From an uncultured Gemmatimonadales bacterium (GTDB lineage: Bacteria; Gemmatimonadota; Gemmatimonadetes; Gemmatimonadales; GWC2-71-9): DNA of 64,000 bases. Each line of letters starts with the position of its first letter. Position 1 is the stretch's first letter. Location: NCBI GenBank assembly GCA_963779755.1, contig CAVZZO010000003.1, forward strand, positions 1-64,000. The letters are read 5' to 3'. This document shows positions 9,278 to 18,920 of the stretch, piece by piece. The position numbers were made by a program, and so were the translations under genes. The notes under the pieces were generated by a model, which did no database searches, had not been told where the DNA came from, and saw only the letters and a list, made by a program, of their open reading frames with translations.

Positions 9278-11320
9278 ATGACAGCCTGGGCGCGTTTTCT
9301 TCAGGTGGCGCTGCTAGTGTCGGCCGTGCTGACGGCCGGCCGGCCGCTGCATGCGCAGGACGAAGCCGAGGTAGAGGCGCTCGCCCCGCTGCTCCAGGTG
9401 GAGGACGCGCGCGACTTTGCGCCGCCGGTGTTGCGCGCCGGGCTGGAGAATGCCGATTCCCTGGTGCGGCGCACGGCCGCCCTGGCCGTCGGCCGCATCG
9501 GCGATCTGCGCGGCACCGCGCTGCTGCTCCCGCTCCTGACCGACCGTGATTCCCTGGTGCAGGCCGATGCGATGTTCGCCCTGAGCCTGCTGCGCGATAC
9601 CAGCGCGGCCGGCCCCATCCTGGCGCGCTTCCACTCCCAGCCGGCCCTGGCCTCGCCTCCCGCGGTCGAGGGCATCGCCACGCTGGCCCGGCTGGGCACC
9701 CCGGAGGCCGCCTCCTTTCTGGCCGGATTGCTCCGGGGGAGCGAGCAGATCACCGCCGCCGGCCTCCCCGCCATCCGGCAGGAGGCCGCGCTGCAGGCGT
9801 GGCGGCTGGGGCCGGCGGCTCCCGTGCCCGAGCTGCTCGCCCTGGCGCACGATACCACTTACAGCATGCGCTACGGGACCATCTACTCCCTGGCGCGACT
9901 CCGCGCCCGGGGCGCCGGCCAGGTGCTGCTGGATGCGCTGGGCGACGAGTACCCGGTCATCCGCGGCTTCGCGGCCCGGGCCCTCATCCGCAGCTATGCC
10001 GATAGTGCCGGCATCGGGGCCCAGAACGCACTGGTGGGGTTGCGGCGGATCCTGGCGGACGAAGACGCGGGGGTGAGAGTCAATGCCCTGCGCAGTCTCG
10101 CCACCTGGCACGACACCTCGCTGGTGGAGGCGGTCTCTCCGCTGCTGGACGATCCCGATGTCAACGTCCGAGTGGAAGCGGCCACCACCCTGGGACAGTT
10201 GGGAGGAGCCGCCGCGTCCCGGCTGCTCCAGGCCCAGATGAGCCGGAGCCCCTGGGCCCTCCGGCGCGAAGCCCTGCTGGCGCTGGCCCGGGTGGACAGC
10301 GCAGCCTTCGTGGCCGCGGCCGAGCCCTGGGGCCGCAGCAACGACTGGTGGGACCGGGCCACCGCCGCGCGGGGCTGGGCGCTGGTCGCTCCCGGCCCCG
10401 GTCCGGGGCACCCCGATTTCCTGCGCGATGACGATGGGCGGGTGGCGGCGGCCGCGCTGGAGGCCTGGAGCGCGGTCGCAGGGGAGGGGGATGGCGGACT
10501 CCTCACGGCGGCGCGCAGGCTGCTGGACAGCCCGGACGCCGCGGTGCGCGCCCTCGCGGCCGGGGTCGTCGGCCAGGCCGCCGATCCGGCGGACGTTCCC
10601 GCCCTGGTGGCCTCCTGGAGCCGCACCCGGGTCGATTCGTTCCCCGACGCGGCGCTGGCGGCCCTGGGGGCGCTGCGCCAGATCGCCCAGGCCGATCCGG
10701 CGGCCGAGGCGCGTGTGTCGGCCGAGTTCCTCTCCGTCGTCTCCCGTCCGGAGTCCCCGCTGCTGCGCCGCTGGGCGGAGCGCAACTGGCCGGTGCTGGC
10801 CGACCGCTGGGGACCGGCCTATCCGCTCCGGACCGGCCGGACCCTGGAGGACTATCGCGGCGTAGCGCGCACCTATCTGGTGACGACCGGAGATGCGCGC
10901 TATCCCCACATCTTCATCGACGTGGAAGGGCGGGGAACCCTGGAGCTGGAGCTGTTCGGCCCCGAGGCGCCGCTCACCGTCGCCAACTTCCTGACCCTGG
11001 TGGACCGCCACTTCTTTGACCAGGACCGGTGGCACCGGGTGGTGCCGAACTTCGTGATCCAGGACGGCGATCCCCGGGGGGACGGGTGGGGCGGCTCGGG
11101 CACCGAAATCCGGGATGAGATCAACCGGCGGCGCTACGGTCCCCGGACCGTGGGCATGGCCCTCTCGGGGCCCGATACCGGGGACAGCCAGTGGTTCATA
11201 ACCCTGGGTCCGCAGCCCCATCTCGATGGCATCTACACCGTGTTCGGCCGGGTGGTGGGCAACTTCGCCGCGCTGGGCCGGATTACCCAGGGCGATATTA
11301 TCCGGACGATTCGACGATGA
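9278..11320 (+). CDS. HEAT-repeat protein with C-terminal cyclophilin-type peptidylprolyl isomerase
   Basis: Signal peptide; repeated L.D.D..VR..A HEAT motifs; HRVVPNFVIQDGDP, GSQW-like and HLDGIYTVFGRV cyclophilin motifs. Confidence 0.88.
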   Translation: MTAWARFLQVALLVSAVLTAGRPLHAQDEAEVEALAPLLQVEDARDFAPPVLRAGLENADSLVRRTAALAVGRIGDLRGTALLLPLLTDRDSLVQADAMFALSLLRDTSAAGPILARFHSQPALASPPAVEGIATLARLGTPEAASFLAGLLRGSEQITAAGLPAIRQEAALQAWRLGPAAPVPELLALAHDTTYSMRYGTIYSLARLRARGAGQVLLDALGDEYPVIRGFAARALIRSYADSAGIGAQNALVGLRRILADEDAGVRVNALRSLATWHDTSLVEAVSPLLDDPDVNVRVEAATTLGQLGGAAASRLLQAQMSRSPWALRREALLALARVDSAAFVAAAEPWGRSNDWWDRATAARGWALVAPGPGPGHPDFLRDDDGRVAAAALEAWSAVAGEGDGGLLTAARRLLDSPDAAVRALAAGVVGQAADPADVPALVASWSRTRVDSFPDAALAALGALRQIAQADPAAEARVSAEFLSVVSRPESPLLRRWAERNWPVLADRWGPAYPLRTGRTLEDYRGVARTYLVTTGDARYPHIFIDVEGRGTLELELFGPEAPLTVANFLTLVDRHFFDQDRWHRVVPNFVIQDGDPRGDGWGGSGTEIRDEINRRRYGPRTVGMALSGPDTGDSQWFITLGPQPHLDGIYTVFGRVVGNFAALGRITQGDIIRTIRR

Positions 11321-14157
11321 GCAGACGGGCAGGCTGGCTGGTGGTGCTGCTGTTGCTGGGCCTCGGGGCGCCGGCCGCGGCGCAGGTGGGCGGCTTCGGG
11401 CAGAACAAGGTGCAGTACCGGCATTTCAACTGGCAGGTGCTGAAGGGGCCGCACGTTGACCTCTATTTCTATCCGGAGGAATCCGAGCTCGCCGCATCCT
11501 CCCTGGCGTACGCCGAGGCCACCTACGACACGCTCTCGGTGCTGTTCGCCCACGAAGTCACCCGCCGCATTCCGCTCATTATCTACGCCTCCCATACGGA
11601 TTTCGAGCAGACCAACATCCTGCCGTTCATTCCGCCGGAAGGGCTGCTGGGAGCCACCGATTTTCTGAAGCGCCGGGTAACCCTCCCCTTCCGGGGGAAT
11701 TACGCCGAGTTCCGCCACACCATGCGCCACGAGATGGTGCATGTCTTCCAGCTCAGTTACTCGACGGAGAACTACTACCGCAACGCCCGCAGCGAGCATT
11801 TTGCCATTCCGCTGTGGTGGTCGGAAGGGCTGGCCGAGTTGTGGTCGGCCGGGCAGGACGCGCGCGACGAGATGATCATGCGCGACCTGACCATCTCGGG
11901 CAATCTGCCCACCCTGATGCAGATGGAATACGTCACCGGCGGCATCGTCTACCCCATCGGCGGACGGATCCACCGCTGGCTGGCCGATACCTACGGCGAC
12001 TGGCGGGTGGCGCAGTTCTACCGGGAGTACTGGCGCTACGAGAGTTTCGATGCGGCCATCGAGGCGATCTACGGCCGGACCATCCAGCAGCTGAACGACG
12101 AATTCCAGCAGGCGATGCGGCGCGACTACTACCGCGCGGCCCTGGCCCTGGAGTCGCCGCTGGTGGCGGGGCGGGAAGTCGCCGGTGCGGCAATCAAGCC
12201 CGCCTGGGCGCCGGAGGCCGATTCCACCGCCGCCCTTTTCTATCTCTCCGGCGAGAAGGGCTACGTCACCATCCACCGCTCCTCGCTCGAGGGCAACGCG
12301 GAGCGCGACGTGGTGGTGGCGGGACGGTCGGCGGAATACGAGAGCCTGCATCCCTTCGACAGCCGGATCGATCCCTCGCTGCCCGGCTACCTGCTCTTTT
12401 CTACCAAGTCGGGCGAGCGCGACGCGATCGTCATCTGGGACCTGCAGCAGCACCGGGCGGTGGGCCGCTACCAGTTCCCGGATATCGTCTCCATCCTCTC
12501 GCCCGTCTGGGCCGACAGCGGCCACAGCATCATCTTCAGCGGCCTGGCCACCAGCGGCGTCTCCGATCTCTACCGGGTCCGCCTGCCCGCGGGGCGGCCG
12601 GAGAAGCTCACCGACGACGTCTACCAGGATCTCGATCCCAGCGTGAGCCCGGACAGCCGGGCCGTCGCCTTCGCGTCCGACCGGACCGCCGGCGGCCTGC
12701 ACGGGGCGGTGAACCTCTTCCTGCTGGACCTGGCCAGCGGCGGCATCCGCCAGCTCACCGCCGGCCCCTGGGTGGACGAAACGCCGCGCTGGGAGGATGA
12801 CGGCCGGATCTACTACGCCTCCGACCGGGACAGCGTGCTCAATATCTTCTCGGTCGACACCCTGGGACGGGGGCGGCGGGAGACGTCGGTCTGGACCGGG
12901 GTGTTCGATCCCGACTATCTGCAGGAGCGGCATCTGCTGGCCGCCGGCGCCTTCCACAATCTGCACTGGGGCGTCTATCTCTACCCGCCCGATTCCGCCG
13001 CGCAGACCGACACCTTCAGTCTGGCCGCGCATGCGCCGGCCGGCTCGTGGCACTGGCCTTCCAGCCAGCCGGCGGAGACGCTGGCGCAGGGCAAGCACCC
13101 CTATCAACGGCATCTGACGGTCGACCTGGCGACCGGCGAAGCGCTGCTTATTCCCGGCGTCGGGGGCGCCCAGGGGGCGCAGCTCTATCTCAGCGATCTG
13201 CTGGGCGACCAGCTGCTCTTCCTCGGCCTTGGCACCTACCAGGGACAGGGCCTGGGCAGCCTGTTCGACAACATCAACGCCTCGGCGGTCTACCTGAACC
13301 AGACCCGGCGGCTCAACTGGGGCGCCGGGCTCTATCGCTTCAAGGGGTTTGCCTATTCCTCGCCCTATGTGATCTCCTACCAGGAAACCACGGTCGGGGG
13401 ACTCGCCCTGCTGCAGTATCCCATCGACCGCTACAACCGGATCGAAGCGGAAGGCATCCTGGAGCACTCCGACCGCACCGACTTCGACTTTCCCAACGGG
13501 GCGCCGGTACCCACCGGCGACCTGCGGCGGGTGGGGTGGATCGCTTCGCACTTCGTGAGCTACGTGCACGACAACTCGCTCTGGCTGCCCACCGGCCCGA
13601 TCGACGGCACCCGCCTGCGGCTCACCACCGGCTTGAGCAGCGATTTCACCAACAGCCGGTTCGACAGCTATCTGTTCAACCTGGACTGGCGGCGGTACTT
13701 CCGCCTGGGAAACCGCAGCGCCTATGCGGTCCGCGCGTTTGGCTGGTATAGCGGCGGGGCCCGGCCCCGGCGGGTCAATCTGGGCGGGTCGCTGGCGCTC
13801 CGCGGCTATCCGATCTACGGCAACATCCTGGGCAGCCGGGCCTTCATGCTGAACCAGGAACTGCGGTTTCCCCTCCTCAACTACTTTACCTTCGGGACGC
13901 CCGTCGGCACCCTCCCGTTCCCGGGAGTGGACGCGGGGCTATTTTTCGATCTGGGCAAGGCCTGGTATCTGGATCCCCAGGATCGCGCCCTGCTGGGCAG
14001 CTATGGCATCAGCTTCCGCTGGGGTCTGGCGCCGCCCCTGGTTCTCCGGCTCGACTGGGGCCGGCGATTCAGCGACAACGACTTCGCCGGCTACGGACTC
14101 GGTCCCGACCAGAAGAAAGCCGGGTTCCTCCAGTTCTTCTTTGGCTATAACTACTGA
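11317..14157 (+). CDS. Outer-membrane protein: HExxH peptidase-like domain + PD40/TolB-like propeller + Omp85 (BamA/TamA-type) barrel
   Basis: Signal peptide; HEMVH...SEGLAE; PSVSPD/FASDR propeller repeats; LGG.LALRGY, ELRFP and aromatic C-terminus FFFGYNY. Confidence 0.8.
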   Translation: MSRRAGWLVVLLLLGLGAPAAAQVGGFGQNKVQYRHFNWQVLKGPHVDLYFYPEESELAASSLAYAEATYDTLSVLFAHEVTRRIPLIIYASHTDFEQTNILPFIPPEGLLGATDFLKRRVTLPFRGNYAEFRHTMRHEMVHVFQLSYSTENYYRNARSEHFAIPLWWSEGLAELWSAGQDARDEMIMRDLTISGNLPTLMQMEYVTGGIVYPIGGRIHRWLADTYGDWRVAQFYREYWRYESFDAAIEAIYGRTIQQLNDEFQQAMRRDYYRAALALESPLVAGREVAGAAIKPAWAPEADSTAALFYLSGEKGYVTIHRSSLEGNAERDVVVAGRSAEYESLHPFDSRIDPSLPGYLLFSTKSGERDAIVIWDLQQHRAVGRYQFPDIVSILSPVWADSGHSIIFSGLATSGVSDLYRVRLPAGRPEKLTDDVYQDLDPSVSPDSRAVAFASDRTAGGLHGAVNLFLLDLASGGIRQLTAGPWVDETPRWEDDGRIYYASDRDSVLNIFSVDTLGRGRRETSVWTGVFDPDYLQERHLLAAGAFHNLHWGVYLYPPDSAAQTDTFSLAAHAPAGSWHWPSSQPAETLAQGKHPYQRHLTVDLATGEALLIPGVGGAQGAQLYLSDLLGDQLLFLGLGTYQGQGLGSLFDNINASAVYLNQTRRLNWGAGLYRFKGFAYSSPYVISYQETTVGGLALLQYPIDRYNRIEAEGILEHSDRTDFDFPNGAPVPTGDLRRVGWIASHFVSYVHDNSLWLPTGPIDGTRLRLTTGLSSDFTNSRFDSYLFNLDWRRYFRLGNRSAYAVRAFGWYSGGARPRRVNLGGSLALRGYPIYGNILGSRAFMLNQELRFPLLNYFTFGTPVGTLPFPGVDAGLFFDLGKAWYLDPQDRALLGSYGISFRWGLAPPLVLRLDWGRRFSDNDFAGYGLGPDQKKAGFLQFFFGYNY

Positions 14158-14864
14158 TGCGACAACGGTTTTTGCTTGACCACCGGCTGGCCGGGGTCTA
14201 TCTTGCCGGGTGGATCCTGACGGCCTGTCATCCGGGACTCAAGCCGTTGGCGCCGGTGGGTCTGGTGCCGGCCACCGAAGCCCAGGTGGATTCGTGGGTG
14301 CAGGCCACCCGGCCGGTGGGTCACACAATCGTCGAATTCAAGTGGCTGTTCCACGACGAGCGCGGCAGTGCGGGGGGCATCGGCAAGGTGCGAATCGCCC
14401 CGCCCGACACCCTCCGGTTCGACGCCCGTGGGCCGCTGGGCTCGGGGCGGATGGCCGCGGTGGTGGTGGGTGATTCGGCCCTCTGGGCCCGCCCGGAGGA
14501 CGCGGTCGGCAATCTGCTGCCGAACTACCCGCTCATGTGGGCGCTGTTCGGAGTGGCACGGCTGCCCGATAGCGCCGCGGGGTTGCGTGGGCTCGACGAC
14601 GGTGCGGTGACGGTCTGGGAATACAGCCGGGCGGCCGATACGCTGATCTATATCCGGTCCCGCGGCACGCCGGACCGGCTCCAGGCGGAGGTGCGGCATG
14701 CAGGACGTGTCGTGGGACGGGCGGAGACGAAGTTCTCCGGCGGCGATCCGGTATCCGCCCGGCTCACCGTGCCCGCGGAATCCGCGGTCCTCGACCTCAC
14801 CTTCGTGCGTACCACGCCCAGCCCGGATTTTCCGCCGGATACCTGGAGTCCTCCTCAGCCTTAG
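14157..14864 (+). CDS. Hypothetical lipoprotein
   Basis: Lipobox-like ILTAC; translationally coupled to the upstream gene. Confidence 0.6.
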   Translation: MRQRFLLDHRLAGVYLAGWILTACHPGLKPLAPVGLVPATEAQVDSWVQATRPVGHTIVEFKWLFHDERGSAGGIGKVRIAPPDTLRFDARGPLGSGRMAAVVVGDSALWARPEDAVGNLLPNYPLMWALFGVARLPDSAAGLRGLDDGAVTVWEYSRAADTLIYIRSRGTPDRLQAEVRHAGRVVGRAETKFSGGDPVSARLTVPAESAVLDLTFVRTTPSPDFPPDTWSPPQP

Positions 14865-15327
14865 TACCCTGGCGCTGGGCGGTTGCCTTTACGGATTTGC
14901 GGGCGGCGGCCTTCCTTCCGACATTCATACGGTCGCCGTCCTGCCGTTCGAAAACCTCACCTCGGAGCCGACCCTGACCCAGCAGATCGCGCAGGCGGTG
15001 CGGGATGCGGTGCAGAGCCGGCTGGGGCTTCGCCAGGCGGGCGAGAGCCAGGCCGATGCCGTGGTGCGCGGCGAGATCACCCGCTACGATCCCGACGTGC
15101 CCACGGCCTATACCGGCCAGAACGGGCAGGTGAACGTGACCCGCCGGCTGGTGCAGATCACGCTCTCGGTCGAAATTCTCGACCAGCACACCGGCAAGAC
15201 GCTCTGGCAGCGAAACGGGATGACCCTGGAGGGCGACTACGAGCCCGGCCGGGAGGCCGATGGGCGGCAGAAGGCGCTGGACAAGCTGGTCACCAACATC
15301 GTCGAGGGGGCGCAATCCCAATGGTGA
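14698..15327 (+). CDS. lptE: LptE family LPS-assembly lipoprotein (true start uncertain, probably near 14810-14840)
   Basis: LGGC lipobox then YGFAGGGLP..IHTVAVLPFEN; C-terminal NIVEGAQSQW. Confidence 0.75.
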   Translation: MQDVSWDGRRRSSPAAIRYPPGSPCPRNPRSSTSPSCVPRPARIFRRIPGVLLSLSTLALGGCLYGFAGGGLPSDIHTVAVLPFENLTSEPTLTQQIAQAVRDAVQSRLGLRQAGESQADAVVRGEITRYDPDVPTAYTGQNGQVNVTRRLVQITLSVEILDQHTGKTLWQRNGMTLEGDYEPGREADGRQKALDKLVTNIVEGAQSQW

Positions 15328-15686
15328 GGCGCGGCGCGACACGCGGGACCAGCACGGCGGGATGCCTGCTGACTCTGGTGCTGTTCGGCATCGTGCTCTA
15401 CTACGGCCTCAACATCGGGCCGATCTATCTGCGGTACTACCAGCTCAAGGACGCCATGCAGTCCAATGCCCGGCTGGCGCCCAGCCTGCCCGACGCCACC
15501 ATCCGGCGGCGCCTGGTGGACAAGGTCGACGAGCTGGGGCTGCCGCAGGACGCGCGGAAGTTCCACATCAATCGCTCGGCCCGGCCCCGCGCCATCACCA
15601 TCGAGACCGAATACTCCGAGCGCGTCAACCTGCCCTTCTTCGAGCATACCTTCGAGTTTCATCCGCGTGCGGAGGAACCGCTCTAG
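15321..15686 (+). CDS. Hypothetical single-pass membrane protein (DUF4845-like)
   Basis: RG.S..GCLL hydrophobic N-terminus; YLRYYQLKDAM; C-terminal beta-strands. Confidence 0.65.
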   Translation: MVRRGATRGTSTAGCLLTLVLFGIVLYYGLNIGPIYLRYYQLKDAMQSNARLAPSLPDATIRRRLVDKVDELGLPQDARKFHINRSARPRAITIETEYSERVNLPFFEHTFEFHPRAEEPL

Positions 15687-15687
15687 C

Positions 15688-17010
15688 CTGACGCGGCCCC
15701 GCGGCCGCGTCCTCCTGCTTCCCCTGCTGCTGCTGGCCCTTTTCGCGCCGCCCGCCCTGTGGGCGGCGGGGCCGGAGGCGGGGCTGCCCCGGCTGCTCTT
15801 CGCGCTGGCCGCCATGCTGGCAGGCGCGAAGGTCATGGGCGACCTGGCCGAGCGCATCGGCCAGCCGGCGGTGCTGGGTGAGCTGCTGGCCGGTGTCCTT
15901 CTGGGCAAGAGCCTGCTGGGGATCGTACCGGCGGCGGGGCAGCTGGCGGAGCAGATTCATATCCTGGCCGAGTTGGGCGTGCTGCTGCTCCTCTTCGAGA
16001 TCGGGCTGGAGACCGACCTCAAGGAGATGTTCCGGGTCGGGAAGGCCTCGGCCACGGTGGCGGCCGTGGGCGTGGTACTCCCTCTGGCGCTGGGCTACGG
16101 CTACTGGGTGTACGTGCCGCACCCCGCCAGCGCATCCACCGGCTCGCTCACCAACACCGCCATCTTCATCGGCGCCACGCTCACCGCCACCAGCGTGGGG
16201 ATCACCGCCCGGGTGCTGAGCGACCTGGGGCGCATGCATGCCGAGGAGTCGCGCATCATCCTGGGCGCGGCCGTGATCGACGACATCCTGGGCCTGGTCC
16301 TGCTGTCGGTGGTGTCGGCTCTGGCCTCGGGCGCGGCGCTGTCCGTGCTCGGTGTGGGCCGCATCCTGGGGGTGGCGTTCGGCTTTGTCGCCGTGGCCCT
16401 GATCATCGGCATCAAGCTGGCGCCCAGCCTGTTCAATCTGGTAGACCGGATGCGGGGGCGGCACGCCCTGTTTGTCTTCGCGTTTGTCTTTGCGCTGGGG
16501 CTGGCCGCCCTGGCCGAGGTGGCGGGGTCGGCCCTCATCATCGGCGCCTTCGCCGCCGGACTGGTCCTGTCCCACACCAACCAGTTCGACGTCATCGAGC
16601 GGGAGATCCGGCCCGTGGCGGCGGTGTTCACGCCCATCTTCTTTGTCAGCGTGGGCGCGGCCGTGGATGTACGCCTGCTCAATCCCTTCGCCCCCGGTGC
16701 GGGCGGGACGCTGCTGCTGGCCGGGGTGCTGACCCTGCTGGCGCTCGCCGGCAAGCTGGTCACGGGATGGACCATTCCCTGGCGCCGGGTCAACCGGCTC
16801 GCCATCGGGCTCGGCATGGTGCCGCGGGGCGAGGTCGGGCTCATCTTCGCCGACATCGGCCGGCGCGCGGGCCTGCTGAGCGAGGATGTCTTCAGCGCGG
16901 TGCTGGTGATGGTCATGGTGACCACCTTCATCGCTCCCATCGGGCTCAAGTCGCTCTGGGGCCGCGGCGGCGAAGAACCGGGACCGCCGCCCACGGCGTC
17001 TCCGTCATGA
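15688..17010 (+). CDS. Cation:proton antiporter (CPA2 family; start uncertain)
   Basis: [40 protein letters not shown]. Confidence 0.9.
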   Translation: MTRPRGRVLLLPLLLLALFAPPALWAAGPEAGLPRLLFALAAMLAGAKVMGDLAERIGQPAVLGELLAGVLLGKSLLGIVPAAGQLAEQIHILAELGVLLLLFEIGLETDLKEMFRVGKASATVAAVGVVLPLALGYGYWVYVPHPASASTGSLTNTAIFIGATLTATSVGITARVLSDLGRMHAEESRIILGAAVIDDILGLVLLSVVSALASGAALSVLGVGRILGVAFGFVAVALIIGIKLAPSLFNLVDRMRGRHALFVFAFVFALGLAALAEVAGSALIIGAFAAGLVLSHTNQFDVIEREIRPVAAVFTPIFFVSVGAAVDVRLLNPFAPGAGGTLLLAGVLTLLALAGKLVTGWTIPWRRVNRLAIGLGMVPRGEVGLIFADIGRRAGLLSEDVFSAVLVMVMVTTFIAPIGLKSLWGRGGEEPGPPPTASPS

Positions 17011-17483
17011 ACAGTGCGGGCAAGATCCGCTCCCCCGAAGCGGCGGCCGGATGGCGCGCGGACCAGCCGGGCCGCGTGGCCTTCACCAACGGCGTCTTCG
17101 ACCTGCTGCACGCCGGGCATGTGCGCCTGCTGGAAGAAGCGCGGTCCCTGGCCGACGCGCTCATCGTGGGTGTGAATACCGACGCCTCGGTGCGCCGCCT
17201 GGGCAAGGGCGCCGGCCGGCCGGTGAACACCGAAAGCGACCGTGCCCGGGTGCTGGCGGCCCTGGCGGCGGTAGATTGCGTGGTGCTGTTCGATGAAGAC
17301 ACGCCGCTGGAGCTGATCCGCGCCCTGCGGCCCGATGTGCTGGTAAAGGGGTCGGACTACGCGCGGGGAGATATCGTCGGCGCGGATTTCGTGGAAGCCA
17401 GCGGCGGCCGGGTGGTCCGGGTCGAGCTGCTCGCCGGCGTCTCCACCACCCGGATGCTGGAGCGAATGCGTGGCACGTCCTGA
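17007..17483 (+). CDS. rfaE2: D-glycero-beta-D-manno-heptose 1-phosphate adenylyltransferase
   Basis: [33 protein letters not shown]. Confidence 0.92.
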   Translation: MNSAGKIRSPEAAAGWRADQPGRVAFTNGVFDLLHAGHVRLLEEARSLADALIVGVNTDASVRRLGKGAGRPVNTESDRARVLAALAAVDCVVLFDEDTPLELIRALRPDVLVKGSDYARGDIVGADFVEASGGRVVRVELLAGVSTTRMLERMRGTS

Positions 17484-18180
17484 TCAACGCGCGGCCGGAG
17501 CGCTGCGCCCCGTGGTTCTCGAGCGGCGGGCCAACCCCTACGCCGAAGGTTCCTGCCTCATCCGTATGGGCGGCACTCTGGTGCACTGTACCGCGAGCGT
17601 CGAGCCCGGCGTCCCCGGCTGGCGCAAGGGATCGGGCGAGGGCTGGGTGACCGCCGAATACGCCATGCTGCCCCGGGCAACGACCGAACGTACCCAGCGG
17701 GAGCGCAACGGCCCCGGCGGCCGCACCCAGGAGATCCAGCGGCTGATCGGCCGCTCACTGCGCGCGGCCATGCGGACCATGGCCTTCGGCGAGTACACCA
17801 TCCGGATCGACTGCGATGTGCTGCAGGCCGACGGGGGCACCCGCACCGCCAGCATTACCGGCGGGTGCATTGCGCTGGCCGATGCCTGCACCTGGCTGGC
17901 GGATCGGACCGGCATCGAATCGCCGTTTGGACGCCTGGTGGCGGCGGTCTCGGTCGGCATCGTGGGCGGCGAGCGGCTGCTCGACCTGGCCTACGCGGAA
18001 GATCGCGACGCCCAAGTGGATGCCAACGTCGTCATGCTCCACCCGGCGCACTTCGTCGAGGTGCAGGGAACCGGCGAGCAGGGCGTGTTCTCCCGGCCCG
18101 ATCTCGATGCCCTGCTGGACCTGGCCCAGGAGGGCATCCGGCAACTGTTCGCGGCGCAGGAGGCGGCGCTGGCCGGATGA
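17470..18180 (+). CDS. rph: Ribonuclease PH
   Basis: [46 protein letters not shown]. Confidence 0.97.
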   Translation: MARPDQRAAGALRPVVLERRANPYAEGSCLIRMGGTLVHCTASVEPGVPGWRKGSGEGWVTAEYAMLPRATTERTQRERNGPGGRTQEIQRLIGRSLRAAMRTMAFGEYTIRIDCDVLQADGGTRTASITGGCIALADACTWLADRTGIESPFGRLVAAVSVGIVGGERLLDLAYAEDRDAQVDANVVMLHPAHFVEVQGTGEQGVFSRPDLDALLDLAQEGIRQLFAAQEAALAG

Positions 18181-18794
18181 AGCTGCTGTTCGCCACCCGC
18201 AGCCGCGGCAAGCAGCCGGAAGTGCGGCGCATGCTGGAGGCCGCCGGACACCAGGCGGTCTTCCCGGAGGAGGCGGGCCTGGCCGAGACTCCGGAAGAAT
18301 CGCTGCTGGAACACCACGACAGCTTCGAGGGCAACGCTGTCAGCAAGGCGGAATACTTCGCGCGGCGAAGCGGACTGCCTGCGGTCGCCGATGATTCGGG
18401 CCTGGAGGTGCTGTCGCTGGGCGGCGCGCCCGGCGTGCGCTCCAAGCGCTGGGCCGGGGTGGAAGGGCCCATCGCGATGGTCGATGCCGCGAACAATGCC
18501 GAACTGCTACGGCGGCTCCAGGGCGCGCCCGAAGCGAAGCGGCGGGCCCGCTATCGGTGTGTCCTGGCCTTCCTGCCGGCGCCCGGTGCGGTGCCGCAGA
18601 TCTTCGAGGGCAGCTGTCACGGACGGATTCTCTCCCGGCCTCGCGGAACCGCTGGCTTCGGGTACGATCCCCTGTTTCTGAGCGACGAGCTGGGAGTCAC
18701 CTTCGGCGAGGCCGCCCCGGCCGACAAGGACCGGGTAAGCCATCGAGGGCGGGCCCTCGCCGCCCTGATCTCGGCCCTGTCTCGACCTTCCTGA
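18177..18794 (+). CDS. rdgB: Non-canonical purine NTP pyrophosphatase (RdgB/HAM1)
   Basis: [27 protein letters not shown]; coupled to rph. Confidence 0.94.
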   Translation: MKLLFATRSRGKQPEVRRMLEAAGHQAVFPEEAGLAETPEESLLEHHDSFEGNAVSKAEYFARRSGLPAVADDSGLEVLSLGGAPGVRSKRWAGVEGPIAMVDAANNAELLRRLQGAPEAKRRARYRCVLAFLPAPGAVPQIFEGSCHGRILSRPRGTAGFGYDPLFLSDELGVTFGEAAPADKDRVSHRGRALAALISALSRPS

Positions 18795-18920
18795 CGCTCT
18801 CGACCTCCTCGACCCTCCCGGTCACGCAAGGCGGGTCGGGAAGCTGCACGCGCCGGGGGTCCAGAACCGCGGCGACCCCGCTTAGCTTTCCGCGCATTCC
18901 CTTCACCCGAGAGCATTCCC

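Noticed and set aside
18815..18910. Possible SRP or 6S RNA between rdgB and the S46 peptidase
   Set aside because: GC-rich pairing is possible, but the SRP CAGG-GRAA-AGCA motif is absent and the region is short for 6S
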